A stretch of DNA of 62,835 nucleotides, counting the filler, from Deltaproteobacteria bacterium (GTDB lineage: Bacteria > JAEEML01), in assembly GCA_016283195.1 (NCBI GenBank). It is 7 parts of 7 records of this genome, joined end to end, with 100 filler letters (N's around TTAATTAATTAA, not from the genome) between each part and the next. Parts side by side here need not be neighbours in the genome. Positions count along the whole stretch, not along the records: positions 17,015 to 31,619 come from JAEEML010000035.1; positions 31,720 to 36,926 come from JAEEML010000036.1; positions 37,027 to 45,476 come from JAEEML010000038.1; 4 more parts are not named here. The stretch is one strand, 5' to 3'. The notes beneath the pieces are model-generated. The model ran no database searches, was not told the origin of the DNA, and was given only the letters and a program-made list of their open reading frames with translations. Shown in pieces: positions 28,598-37,840 of the stretch. Both the position numbers and the translations under genes were made by a program. Numbering within the stretch: the stretch's first letter is position 1; each line of letters opens with the position of its first letter.

Positions 28598-29781
28598 TCT
28601 GCCCCCCAAATTTTTTCAATAATACCGCGTAAAAATTCGCTTTCTTCCGCATTTAGTTCGCGTTTTGTCATCTCTAAAAAAAAGGCGCTAAAAAGCTCAA
28701 GCGGGCTCTTTTGCTCAACTTTGGCAATGTCCATAGTGATTTTTTGGCTGCGGGTACGCTCGTTATCATAATCCAGCATCATTAAATTGCTATATATGCC
28801 GCGCAGTTTCAAAGCCGCATCCGTTATATCGTTCTCATCGGTTAGTTTTACATAAATATAATCATCGGCTTTTAGCCCCATAGCCAATTGCTTTTGCCGA
28901 AACTCCGGAGAAATTATTTCGGCAAAACTCCCTTTAATTTCACGAAGTTCGTGGTTTGGTAGCAGGGGTATTTCGCGCATTATTATAGGCGCCAATTTGC
29001 CTTCTTGCGCCTCGCCTAGCTCCACTACCGTTAGGGATTTCCGCTGCCCGGCTTCCGAGAGGGAATACTTTAGCGGCGTACCGCTATAGCGCACACGAAC
29101 CTGCCCAGCCGCATCGTAAGCCACATTTTGCGCTTTATGAATATGGCCGAGGGCCACATAATCAAAGCCGGCAAAAACCGCCGCCTCGACATTATCGAGC
29201 CCGCCCACGTTTTCTTCTGATTCGCTTCTTTCGGCACCTGTTACAAATTGGTGCGCCAAAAGCACATTGCGTCGCCCGGCCTTAAAGTTCATCTTACTAA
29301 GGCTAAGACGCACAGCCGAGGTATAATCGGTCACTTTACTGCGCTCTTCAGCGCTCTGCAGACCGGCCCGCACCACTGCCGGGCGCACAAAAGGCAGCAG
29401 CCAAATATCAACTGCGCCAAACTCATCCTGAAGAGTCACCGGAGTAAAAGTGCCGGAATAGAGCGGCGACATATAGATATTCTCATTCTCCATGAGCCGC
29501 CCGCCGAAAGCCAGGCGTTCAGCCGAATCATGATTGCCGCAAAGGACAAACACTTTGGTGCCAGTAGCCGCCAGAGCCACCAAAAAATCATCTAAAAGGC
29601 TCACCGCCTCGGCCGGCGGCACCGCTTTGTCATAAATATCGCCGGCGATAAAGAGGGCATCCGGCTTTTCAGCTTTAACAGCCGTCAAAATAGCTTGCAA
29701 AATATGCTGCTGCTCGCTAAGCATCGAGCGTTCGCACACTCTCTTGCCGATATGTAAATCTGCCGTATGGATAAATTTCAC
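28594..29781 (-). CDS. sbcD: SbcD exonuclease subunit
   Basis: HTADLHIG, AGDIYD, GNHDS, YVALGHIH, YSGTPLKYS. GTG start, ATGA overlap with sbcC. Confidence 0.95.
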   Translation of the reverse strand: MKFIHTADLHIGKRVCERSMLSEQQHILQAILTAVKAEKPDALFIAGDIYDKAVPPAEAVSLLDDFLVALAATGTKVFVLCGNHDSAERLAFGGRLMENENIYMSPLYSGTFTPVTLQDEFGAVDIWLLPFVRPAVVRAGLQSAEERSKVTDYTSAVRLSLSKMNFKAGRRNVLLAHQFVTGAERSESEENVGGLDNVEAAVFAGFDYVALGHIHKAQNVAYDAAGQVRVRYSGTPLKYSLSEAGQRKSLTVVELGEAQEGKLAPIIMREIPLLPNHELREIKGSFAEIISPEFRQKQLAMGLKADDYIYVKLTDENDITDAALKLRGIYSNLMMLDYDNERTRSQKITMDIAKVEQKSPLELFSAFFLEMTKRELNAEESEFLRGIIEKIWGAE

Positions 29782-30058
29782 CTTGGACTCCTTTCAGCTT
29801 TGTCATTTTTAGCGCAATACAAAGTTCTATAAAAGGTAAAAATTCTCTTTGCCGTTTTTAAGAGGCAGTGAATTTTTATCAAGCCTTTTTAGTAGCCCAA
29901 AGACCGCCCAACATGGCCATATTGGCGGAAGCATTCGCTTGCACCACCCAAGAGCCGATTAAAAGAATAAGTTCCTATAAAGAGCTCCTCTTATATAGCC
30001 TATATTTTAACAAAAGTGGGTTAATTTTTTAGTAAAAGCCTAAAGTGCGAAAAAATGA

Positions 30059-31045
30059 TTAGTTATCAAATACATCAAGGGCGACATTGGTGTGATTAAG
30101 GAGTTGGTAACAAATTTCGCCGCCGGTGAAGGGCCCAACAACAGCTGCGCCCCGCTTGCCGAATAAATCACCATCAACAAGAATTGAGCCGCAAGAGCAA
30201 GTAAAGACACGGTCGGCACCTGGAATATCTTCGTATTTATCGCTAATTTCTTTGAGACTGTCGCCAACCGGCCTGGCTAAGTGATATTTTACATCTTTGA
30301 ATAGCGGCGCATAGCAGGTAACCACACCGGTTTTCTCATCAAAAGTATATGCCACATTAACAGAAATACCGGAATAATCGGTCATGAGCGGCAAACGCGA
30401 AGATTCTTTATGAGCCATTATATATTTGAAAAAATTCTCTTTTTTGCCATTAACCAGCACATCGCCGATGACAGCATTTGTAGTTTTCTCCACTTCAATA
30501 ACATCGCCATCACTCTCAACATAGGGGTTAATAGAAGAAGCTTCGGTGATTTTATTATTCGGTAACTCTACATGGAGAACAACGGCCTCTTCATACAAAG
30601 GCTTGCCGCTATTACAAAAAACAGCGGCTTTCTTAGTAGCTTGGTCTTCATAGCGAACCATAGAAACCCAGCCGACTACCGGTTTTTGGGCAAATCCTTC
30701 AATTTGCATGGCATTGCCGAAAAAGTCGATCCAGAAATTGCTGCGCTGAGGAACTATAATAATGCTATAGCCATGAGAGTAAGCATCATTATAAATATTT
30801 TTAATTGTCTCGGCTGTATAAGATACGGCCTTGGCATTTAGAGCATAGGCGGGGATTTCTTTAACATATATTTTATCTTCACAGATGCAGCCGCCCTCCG
30901 GGGTCATAAAGTAAGGTGTTGTTCCGCCAATCCACTTTCCGGCCGGCAATTGGGAGAGCAAGGATTCCACACCGGCAAGAGATAAAACTTTGCCAGCATT
31001 AATCATAGCACTTACTTCAGCAACAGAATATAAGACTTTTTTCAT
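30059..31045 (-). CDS. DUF6976 family (FIST-like) protein
   Basis: LAGVESLLSQLPAGKWIGGTTPYFM, YAPLFKDVKY, C-terminal GPFTGGEICYQLLNHT. The ATG at 31045 follows GAGG. Confidence 0.75.
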   Translation of the reverse strand: MKKVLYSVAEVSAMINAGKVLSLAGVESLLSQLPAGKWIGGTTPYFMTPEGGCICEDKIYVKEIPAYALNAKAVSYTAETIKNIYNDAYSHGYSIIIVPQRSNFWIDFFGNAMQIEGFAQKPVVGWVSMVRYEDQATKKAAVFCNSGKPLYEEAVVLHVELPNNKITEASSINPYVESDGDVIEVEKTTNAVIGDVLVNGKKENFFKYIMAHKESSRLPLMTDYSGISVNVAYTFDEKTGVVTCYAPLFKDVKYHLARPVGDSLKEISDKYEDIPGADRVFTCSCGSILVDGDLFGKRGAAVVGPFTGGEICYQLLNHTNVALDVFDN

Positions 31046-31053
31046 GATTCTCC

Positions 31054-31287
31054 TCACGCGTGACCTAAAATATTAAGGATATCTTTCTTCACGCTTGGTA
31101 ATTGTTGGTTATTAAGATACAAATTGAACAATTCGTGAACACTGCTGGATATTTTACTTTTGTCGTATTTAATATCCATCTTCAGCCGCGACAGCAATAT
31201 ATTGGCCGCCAAAAAGTTTAATTTTATTAATTTGTCTCCAAGGATCAGCTCTTTCCAGATAGGATTATTGATGTCACTAGCAATCAC
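31054..31287 (-). CDS. Small hypothetical protein, upstream partner of the DUF6976 gene
   Basis: 77 aa, GTG start after GGAG, WKELILG...FLAANILLSRL, immediately upstream and co-oriented. Confidence 0.7.
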   Translation of the reverse strand: MIASDINNPIWKELILGDKLIKLNFLAANILLSRLKMDIKYDKSKISSSVHELFNLYLNNQQLPSVKKDILNILGHA

Positions 31288-31390
31288 AGTGAACTCCTCA
31301 ATGCTGAATGTTTAGGACATCTCCCCCCGGGTGGGAGCAACAAAATTAATGTGACATATAAAAAATGAAGTGTCAACAGCAAAAAAGGGC

Positions 31391-31423
31391 AAAAAAAAAG
31401 CCCCTTTCGGGGCTAATTTTTTT
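31391..31423 (-). terminator. Intrinsic terminator downstream of the 5S rRNA
   Basis: On the minus strand, AGCCCC-GAAA-GGGGCT hairpin followed by a long T run; potentially bidirectional. Confidence 0.8.
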
Positions 31424-31430
31424 CCCAAGT

Positions 31431-31480
31431 TCCCCCTCGCTATTTTCGTAAGAAAATGGAGAGGGGGCTAGGGGGTGAGG
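31431..31480. repeat. REP-like GC-rich hairpin element
   Basis: CCCCCTC..TATTTTC-GTAA-GAAAATG..GAGGGGG followed by GGGGGTGAGG. Confidence 0.45.
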
Positions 31481-31482
31481 CT

Positions 31483-31563
31483 CTGGCAGCTACCTACTCT
31501 CCCACAGCCTTACAGCTGCAGTACCATCGGCGCTAGAGGGCTTAACTACCGAGTTCGGGATGG
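31483..31563 (-). rRNA. rrf: 5S rRNA, 3' portion; the contig ends in a fold-back artefact
   Basis: Minus strand reads CCATCCCGAACTCGGTAGTTAAG...CGCCGATGGTACTG...GGGAGAGTAGGTAGCTGCCAG. Confidence 0.93.
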
Positions 31564-31719
31564 TACTGCAGCTGTAAGGCTGTGGGAGAGTAGGTAGCTG
31601 CCAGAGCCTTACAGCTGCANNNNNNNNNNNNNNNNNNNNNNNNNNNNNNNNNNNNNNNNNNNNTTAATTAATTAANNNNNNNNNNNNNNNNNNNNNNNNN
31701 NNNNNNNNNNNNNNNNNNN

Positions 31720-32685
31720 GGCGGCTCTTACTGCCCGCATGACCTCACTTGCATCGGCGGCGTTTGTAAAGAGAGCTCTTGGGATGATTCTTGCGAAAAC
31801 GGCGGCTCTTATTGCCCGCATGAACTCTCCTGCATTGATGGTGCTTGCCGCGCTTTAAGCAGCGATGAACCCTGCGAGCAGGGCGGCTCTTACTGCCCGC
31901 ACGGTGAAGCTTGTATCAACAAGAAATGTCAGCTTTTTAGCGCAGATAACACCTGTAGTCCCACTAATCCGAATGGTTATTGCGCCCACGACAAAGTATG
32001 TGTAAGCGGACGCTGCCGGGAATATGTCCCAAGCGATGAGTGCAGCTGTGATAATCCATCAGGCCAGTGCGCCCAGGGTTCCTCCTGTTCCTGCCCGGAT
32101 AGCGACCCGGCCACCTGCACAACGGAAAATTGCGCTTGTAAAGCAACTGTTATTTTCTGCGACGATGCCCACACCGATGGCGTTTGTCTCGAAAACGGCA
32201 CCACCTGTATAGCCGGCAAATGCCTCTACCCTTGCAGTAGCGAGCACAACGGCTATTGCGCCGGCGGTTTGGAGTGCATAGAAGGATCCTGCGGCGTGCG
32301 CTGCTCGCCGGAAGCGCCAAATGGTTACTGCCCAGGTAATTTCAGTTGCATAGAAGGCACCTGCCGCGGCGAATGCTCACCTACACTACTTAACGGCTGG
32401 TGCCCGGGCGATGAGATATGTAAAGAAAACGGTGTTTGCGGGACAAAAGATGCCGATACCGATGACGGCAATAGCGATGCCCAAACTGATGATGACGGCA
32501 ATAGCGATGTTGATGGCGACAATACCGATGAGCCCCCGGCACCAAACCCCGATAACGATGACCTCAATAATAATCAACCCAAGAGCGGCTGCGATTGCCA
32601 CGGCGCCGGCTCCCCGGCCGATATTTGGCCCGCAGCTCTTTACGGCTTATGGTTTATTTTAAAACGCCGCCGCCCTGTCTTATAA
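31720..32685 (+). CDS. Cys-rich repeat surface protein with MYXO-CTERM-like tail, copy 2, 5'-truncated by the gap
   Basis: Starts at the same base as copy 1 (GGCGGCTCTTACTGCCCGCATGAC), 322-codon open frame, near-identical sorting tail. Confidence 0.85.
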   Translation, partial: GGSYCPHDLTCIGGVCKESSWDDSCENGGSYCPHELSCIDGACRALSSDEPCEQGGSYCPHGEACINKKCQLFSADNTCSPTNPNGYCAHDKVCVSGRCREYVPSDECSCDNPSGQCAQGSSCSCPDSDPATCTTENCACKATVIFCDDAHTDGVCLENGTTCIAGKCLYPCSSEHNGYCAGGLECIEGSCGVRCSPEAPNGYCPGNFSCIEGTCRGECSPTLLNGWCPGDEICKENGVCGTKDADTDDGNSDAQTDDDGNSDVDGDNTDEPPAPNPDNDDLNNNQPKSGCDCHGAGSPADIWPAALYGLWFILKRRRPVL

Positions 32686-32713
32686 TTTTTCTCTGTTTTT
32701 CTAAGAAAAAATT

Positions 32714-32744
32714 TAGCAACTTGTAATATTACCCAGCGATAATA
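32714..32744 (+). promoter_or_regulatory. Putative alternative-sigma promoter TAGCAACTT-N13-GCGATAATA, copy 2
   Basis: Both boxes are identical to 8771-8801 with the same 13-nt spacer. Lies 36 nt upstream of the ATG at 32781. Confidence 0.7.
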
Positions 32745-32780
32745 CATAGGTTATTTGGGAAATCCCCAGGAGGTAACAAT

Positions 32781-34214
32781 ATGGTAAGCGGAATTTCCGG
32801 TGCAAATAAATGGAATCAGGTAATATCAGCTACAGATGATTTGCCTAAGAAAGCAGCACCGGCAACTACACAAGCCAAAGATTATAACAATGTTGCCGAT
32901 TCCTTTGAAAAAGGAAATCACACAATGGCAGGCGGCAAAGCCGCTCTTTCGCTACCGGCTTTCGGCTGCACGCCGGATGCCGCAGCCGTGGCACTCCCCA
33001 AATCCAAAGACCGTTACGACCTCGGCGTTGTAATAAAAGGCCTAAGGCCGGAGGTTAAAGAGAGCAGTGCTTGGCAAAAACTCCCCAGCGCACGCCGTGA
33101 ACAACTGATGGCCAGCGAGGGCTTTAGTACTCTTGCCGGTCCTATGCAAAAAGAAGTTGCCTCCTTAACCGGCCGCCTCTCCGATTCTGCCTTAAAAGAC
33201 ACTTTGCGCTTACTCGATAATTCTGCCAAATTGCCGCACGAAGTGCGCGAAAAGCTGGTATCTACCCTAAATAAGGCGCCGCTCAAAATGCCCTCTCCGG
33301 TAAGCGGCGATGGTCTGCATCTGGACGTTAGCCGCCTTAATGCCGGGGCAGAAGCTCCTTTAAATAAGCCGCTACTTACTCTTGTAAATAGTCCTGATTT
33401 TCTTAAAGCCGACGCAGACACCCAACTGGCCATTGTCTCTCAATGTTATAATGCGCCCAATCCAAGCTCGGTAAGCAATTTGGCAAGGCTCACAAAAATG
33501 GCCTGGTTCAAGCAATTTTCCCTGGCCGATCAGCAACGGGCAGCCAAATCCATAGCCTATCTGGCCGAAGTCGGCGCAAGTAACCCAGCTTCTATGCAGG
33601 AAAGAATCATCAACAATACGTTGGACCGCCTCTTTTCCGGTACCATCGTTATAGCTTATGATGATATTGTCGATGACTTTTTCTCCACCACCTATGGCTA
33701 CGCGACTACCAAGGACGATACCCCAAATATTGTTTTTAACCGTGCCATTATTCCGGCCGGCAACGAGCCTTTCCCTAGGAATGACAAAGACGCCTGCTTC
33801 GGTGTTTTGCAAACCTTTCCTCATGAAGTCAATCACACAGTAAACGGTGATATAAACCGCTCCACTTACCAGTATTTTCAAGCTGAGTACCGCGCTTGGT
33901 ATGTCGGTTTCGTGGCCCAGTTTGGCCGCGAGCCCACCATGCAGGAAGCTTTTGACCGTTGTGTGGATATATTCAATGCCTACCCGTCAATAAATAATGC
34001 GCTCATAAATAAACCTGAAGAGAGCAAAAAAATAATTGATTTTATGAATCAAATGCTTCTTGTTAAAGTACATCCGGAAACTACCGGCGGGCGCATTTTA
34101 ACTAATGCCATGCTGGGTTTCATGACTGTTCCCTCTTCCCTTGGGATCAGCCCGGTCGGTAAAGGCCCCGCCCCCACACCAGACCTTTTACTAAAACCGG
34201 ATTTAGATAATTAA
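32781..34214 (+). CDS. Hypothetical protein with a zincin-like HExxH motif and low-complexity N-terminus
   Basis: AGGAGG RBS, PHEVNH followed by FQAEYRAW, no Sec signal peptide. Confidence 0.75.
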   Translation: MVSGISGANKWNQVISATDDLPKKAAPATTQAKDYNNVADSFEKGNHTMAGGKAALSLPAFGCTPDAAAVALPKSKDRYDLGVVIKGLRPEVKESSAWQKLPSARREQLMASEGFSTLAGPMQKEVASLTGRLSDSALKDTLRLLDNSAKLPHEVREKLVSTLNKAPLKMPSPVSGDGLHLDVSRLNAGAEAPLNKPLLTLVNSPDFLKADADTQLAIVSQCYNAPNPSSVSNLARLTKMAWFKQFSLADQQRAAKSIAYLAEVGASNPASMQERIINNTLDRLFSGTIVIAYDDIVDDFFSTTYGYATTKDDTPNIVFNRAIIPAGNEPFPRNDKDACFGVLQTFPHEVNHTVNGDINRSTYQYFQAEYRAWYVGFVAQFGREPTMQEAFDRCVDIFNAYPSINNALINKPEESKKIIDFMNQMLLVKVHPETTGGRILTNAMLGFMTVPSSLGISPVGKGPAPTPDLLLKPDLDN

Positions 34215-34328
34215 ATCGCTCTTTAATTTATCAAAAAATACTCTTGATCTCTGCCAGTTGCCTCTAGCGCTTAGAGATTGCCGATGATATAATGCTTTCG
34301 CTGTGTTTTGCCCAGCGAGGAGGTTCCC

Positions 34329-36926
34329 ATGGTCAGAACCAAAAATTTGTTTTTAAAAATCGCGATATTATCGCTTCTATTGCCAATTTTTACCACTCTT
34401 CCAGCTTGGGCTATCGGCGAATCCTCCACCCGTTTTACCACCTATGTACCACCCAATAACGAATCGATGAAACGATTTTCCATGCTGGTTATCACGGCTA
34501 CCGGTAAAGGTCCGGGCCCAAACGGCGAAACCACAGTCAATATTTGGGATATGCCGGCCGATTATTGCACCGATTCCAACTGCGACCCTTACGGCCTCAT
34601 GCAAAGTGGGAGCAATGGCTCACTGGCAAATTGCTCCAACAGTTTGTGCACTTTTACCGCCAGTAGCGCTAATTTTGCTAGCGACGATGTGGGCCATTAT
34701 TTAGTGGTGCATAGAGGCGAAAACAACAACGAAGTTTTTCTGATTAGCGAATATGTCGCTAAAACTTCTGTTAAAATCCTCAAAGTAGAAGGCAATGCAC
34801 CAAGTGCCGGAAGCGCGCTTTCCTGGGCTGAAGCCCGGGCGGCATACAAAAAAACATTTACCGGCGTCGCTATTTCCAATAGGACAACCATCACCAAAAA
34901 CGGCGCTTTTAAAGATGATGATGCCGACCATGCTTATATTACTTTAAGTAGCGATAAAAACAAGATATTTACTCTAAGCGGCGTAACAGCTCCCAATAAA
35001 GGTGAGCTTAATACAGCGCCTTCTGCCACCAATAATCTTACTATGACCATCAGCCGCCCGCCGGATATCGACGACAGCTTTTTTGATGTCAAGCTAAAAC
35101 GGGGTGAAAGTTTTACGGTGATGATTCTCGATAGCAATCCCTGTATTACCGGTACCGGCACCTGCAAACCGTTAAATGACTTAAATTCTCAAAGTACTTT
35201 AGACGCTGCCGCTTTGCGCTCCAAATTTGCCGAACTTGAACCTGATGATACCCAAAAACTGGCTTTGGAAGCGGCTTTTACAACTAATGCTCGCAAAATT
35301 GTCTATGACGACGAGCGCGATGGCAAAAATAATCCGCTGCGCGATGGTGACTTTTTTATCATTAAATCCGATTCTCCGGTTACCGTTTATACCGCCTCCC
35401 GCTCTGATTATGAGCACGATTACGCTGTTAGCGACGGCAAAAACTCCATCGGCCACAATTTTTATTTCTTTGCCGCTCCCGGAGCGCGCGGAAACTATGG
35501 CGCTCAGACGACTTACCCTATGACCGATCGCGATATTGAAGTCATTGCCTATAGCGACGACACTTATGTCACTCTTTATGAAATAGGGCTTTATGAAGAG
35601 GCGAAGACTTCCGGCTCTTGCGACAGCAATAATCCAGGTTGTCTCTGTATCAACTATACATGCCAATCAGCTATAGCCGAAGCTGATTGGGAAAACCGCA
35701 CAAAAGTAACCATCAAAGGACTTGACCACTTTGAACTCGATGCCGGCCAGAGCCTCAATGTGTGGAACCGCACCATTGCCAATAAAGTAGCAAATGGTGA
35801 AAGTTTGGCGAGTTATCAGGATTTAGGCCTTGGCCTTTTAAAAATGGGCCATAGCTATTATCTGGAAGCTACCCGGCCGGTAACTGTGCAATTTGGTGCA
35901 CTGCATGAAGCCAAAGCAACCGGTAACGGGCGCGGCCACGACGGCGGCGGCATGGTGCCCTCTTCCAATGGTACAAGTTCCGGTAATCTTTTCTATTTTA
36001 CTATTCCCTTTGAAGGGAATAATATTAACGAAAGAGAAATTCGGGCTATTTCCTTTGATGATGATAATGTGGTTTGCCTTTATGGCTTTAATACATCTTC
36101 CAAAGCCTGGGAGCCGCGAATATTAAACGGGGCAACAGCCGCCGAACCGTGTGTTACTTTGCAAACCAATGGTCGTCTGGACCTCACCGGTAAAGATTCC
36201 AACTCCTTAACCCAGCATCACCTCTTTAAATTAACCGCCAGTGCGGGTAAGAAGGTGGCTCTTACCGAAACCAACTGGCTAGAAACCGCCAGAGGCGATG
36301 GTGACAACGGCACCGCCGATATGTCGAGTTTCGTTTCCGCCCAAAACAGCGAAGACGAATTTGCCAAAGAGGTGCGCTTTTTGGCCTATATGCCGCCGCC
36401 GGGCATAGCTGGCAATGTGGCAAACTTTGAAGCTAATTTTAGTAATCTATATATTTTTGCCGAAAATAGCGCCACCACGGTTACCGTAAGGCCTACGGAT
36501 ATTACCGGTACTATGCCGGCAGCCTGCCGAACTACATTCCCCGATGAAAATCAAACTTTACGCAAATATACCATTAAAAAAGACGGTTTTGTCAATTTCC
36601 GCCTTAATAATGATTGCTATAACGCTTTAAATGTGCCACCCAATATCCGCCCCTATATGGAAGTTATTGCCGATAAAAATGTAGCTGTCATGGTGAGTAG
36701 CCACAACGATAACTGGCTAAATTACACCACCAGCCTTTTGCCGGCTACTCCTAATATCTCGGCCAGCGTGGAGCCGCCGCTCCTCTCTATTACCCAAAAC
36801 AGCGCCGGCTCGGCCGTTACGCGCCTCGATAAAGCCAAAGTGGTTGTTGCTGCCCGCCACCTCTTCCCCATTAATCGCTCCGATCCCATGGCCGGCTCCG
36901 TTATTACTATTGATGTCCCAGACGGA
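34329..36926 (+). CDS. Large secreted beta-rich protein, IgGFc-binding-like N-terminal region, 3'-truncated
   Basis: GGAGG RBS, signal peptide ending LPAWA, repeated S/A-D/T-x-P-V-T-V strands, frame open to the gap. Confidence 0.65.
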
Positions 36927-37026
36927 NNNNNNNNNNNNNNNNNNNNNNNNNNNNNNNNNNNNNNNNNNNNTTAATTAATTAANNNNNNNNNNNNNNNNNN
37001 NNNNNNNNNNNNNNNNNNNNNNNNNN

Positions 37027-37806
37027 CCCCTGCCACTCTATCGCCCGGAAGAGCAAACCCCGGACAAAGGGGCCAAAAAGTTAGGAGATGCGGTAAATTT
37101 AGTGCGTCTTGGCGCCAAAGATTTTGAAAAACTGGCAGAGAGCCTCCCCAAAGCCGTCTTTGTTATAATTGAGGCAAGTAGTGAAAATTTAAAGCAATAT
37201 GCTAAAAAAGCACCCGGCAGAGTGGTAATAGCCCTGCCGCCGGTTATTTTTGAAGATGAGCTTTCCAAATACCAAGCCTTGGTAAAAGCAGCCAAAGAAA
37301 GCAAGCTCATGGTTGAAGCTAACAGTTTGGATACTTTGGAGCTTATTAAAAATGGCGGCTTTAACCATTTTGTCGCCGGCCCGGGGCTCAAAGTATTAAA
37401 TAGCACAGCCGCTCTCACACTTAAAAATCTGGGGGCACTTTGGGGCAATATTTCTATAGAGGCCGATAAAGCACAAATAGAAGAACTCACTAAATACAGC
37501 CAGTTACCGCTGGCCATGACGGTTTTTGGGCGCCCGGCGCTCCTCACCAGCCGCGCCACTCCCGGCCATAAGAATCTGGGTCGCTTGGAAGATGCACGCA
37601 ACATAGTTATAAAGGGCTCTTTTACCGGCACACTTTGGCAATTCCGCCCTATTATGCCCTTTGATTTGCGTGGCGTCAGCAACAAAGCCATAACTCTGCG
37701 CTATATCGCCACCGATTTAACAGGCAGCCCTGATGCCGCAAAAGATTTGCTATCAAGGCCTGATAAAAGCGCAAATACTTTTAATTATTTTAGAAAATTG
37801 CAGTAA
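37027..37806 (+). CDS. C-terminal fragment of a U32-peptidase-like (RlhA-like) protein
   Basis: IALPPVIFE, AGPGLKVLNS, ISIEAD, VFGRPALLTSR, ending NTFNYFRKLQ. Frame open from the contig edge. Confidence 0.65.
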   Translation, partial: PLPLYRPEEQTPDKGAKKLGDAVNLVRLGAKDFEKLAESLPKAVFVIIEASSENLKQYAKKAPGRVVIALPPVIFEDELSKYQALVKAAKESKLMVEANSLDTLELIKNGGFNHFVAGPGLKVLNSTAALTLKNLGALWGNISIEADKAQIEELTKYSQLPLAMTVFGRPALLTSRATPGHKNLGRLEDARNIVIKGSFTGTLWQFRPIMPFDLRGVSNKAITLRYIATDLTGSPDAAKDLLSRPDKSANTFNYFRKLQ

Positions 37807-37840
37807 TTTTTTCGACGTTCTCGTTCTTTAGCATAAGAAA

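Noticed and set aside
31479-31619. Long perfect inverted repeat involving the 5S rRNA
   Set aside because: It switches strand at a GATGG microhomology right at the contig end and replaces the 5S 5' part. Most likely an assembly or amplification fold-back.
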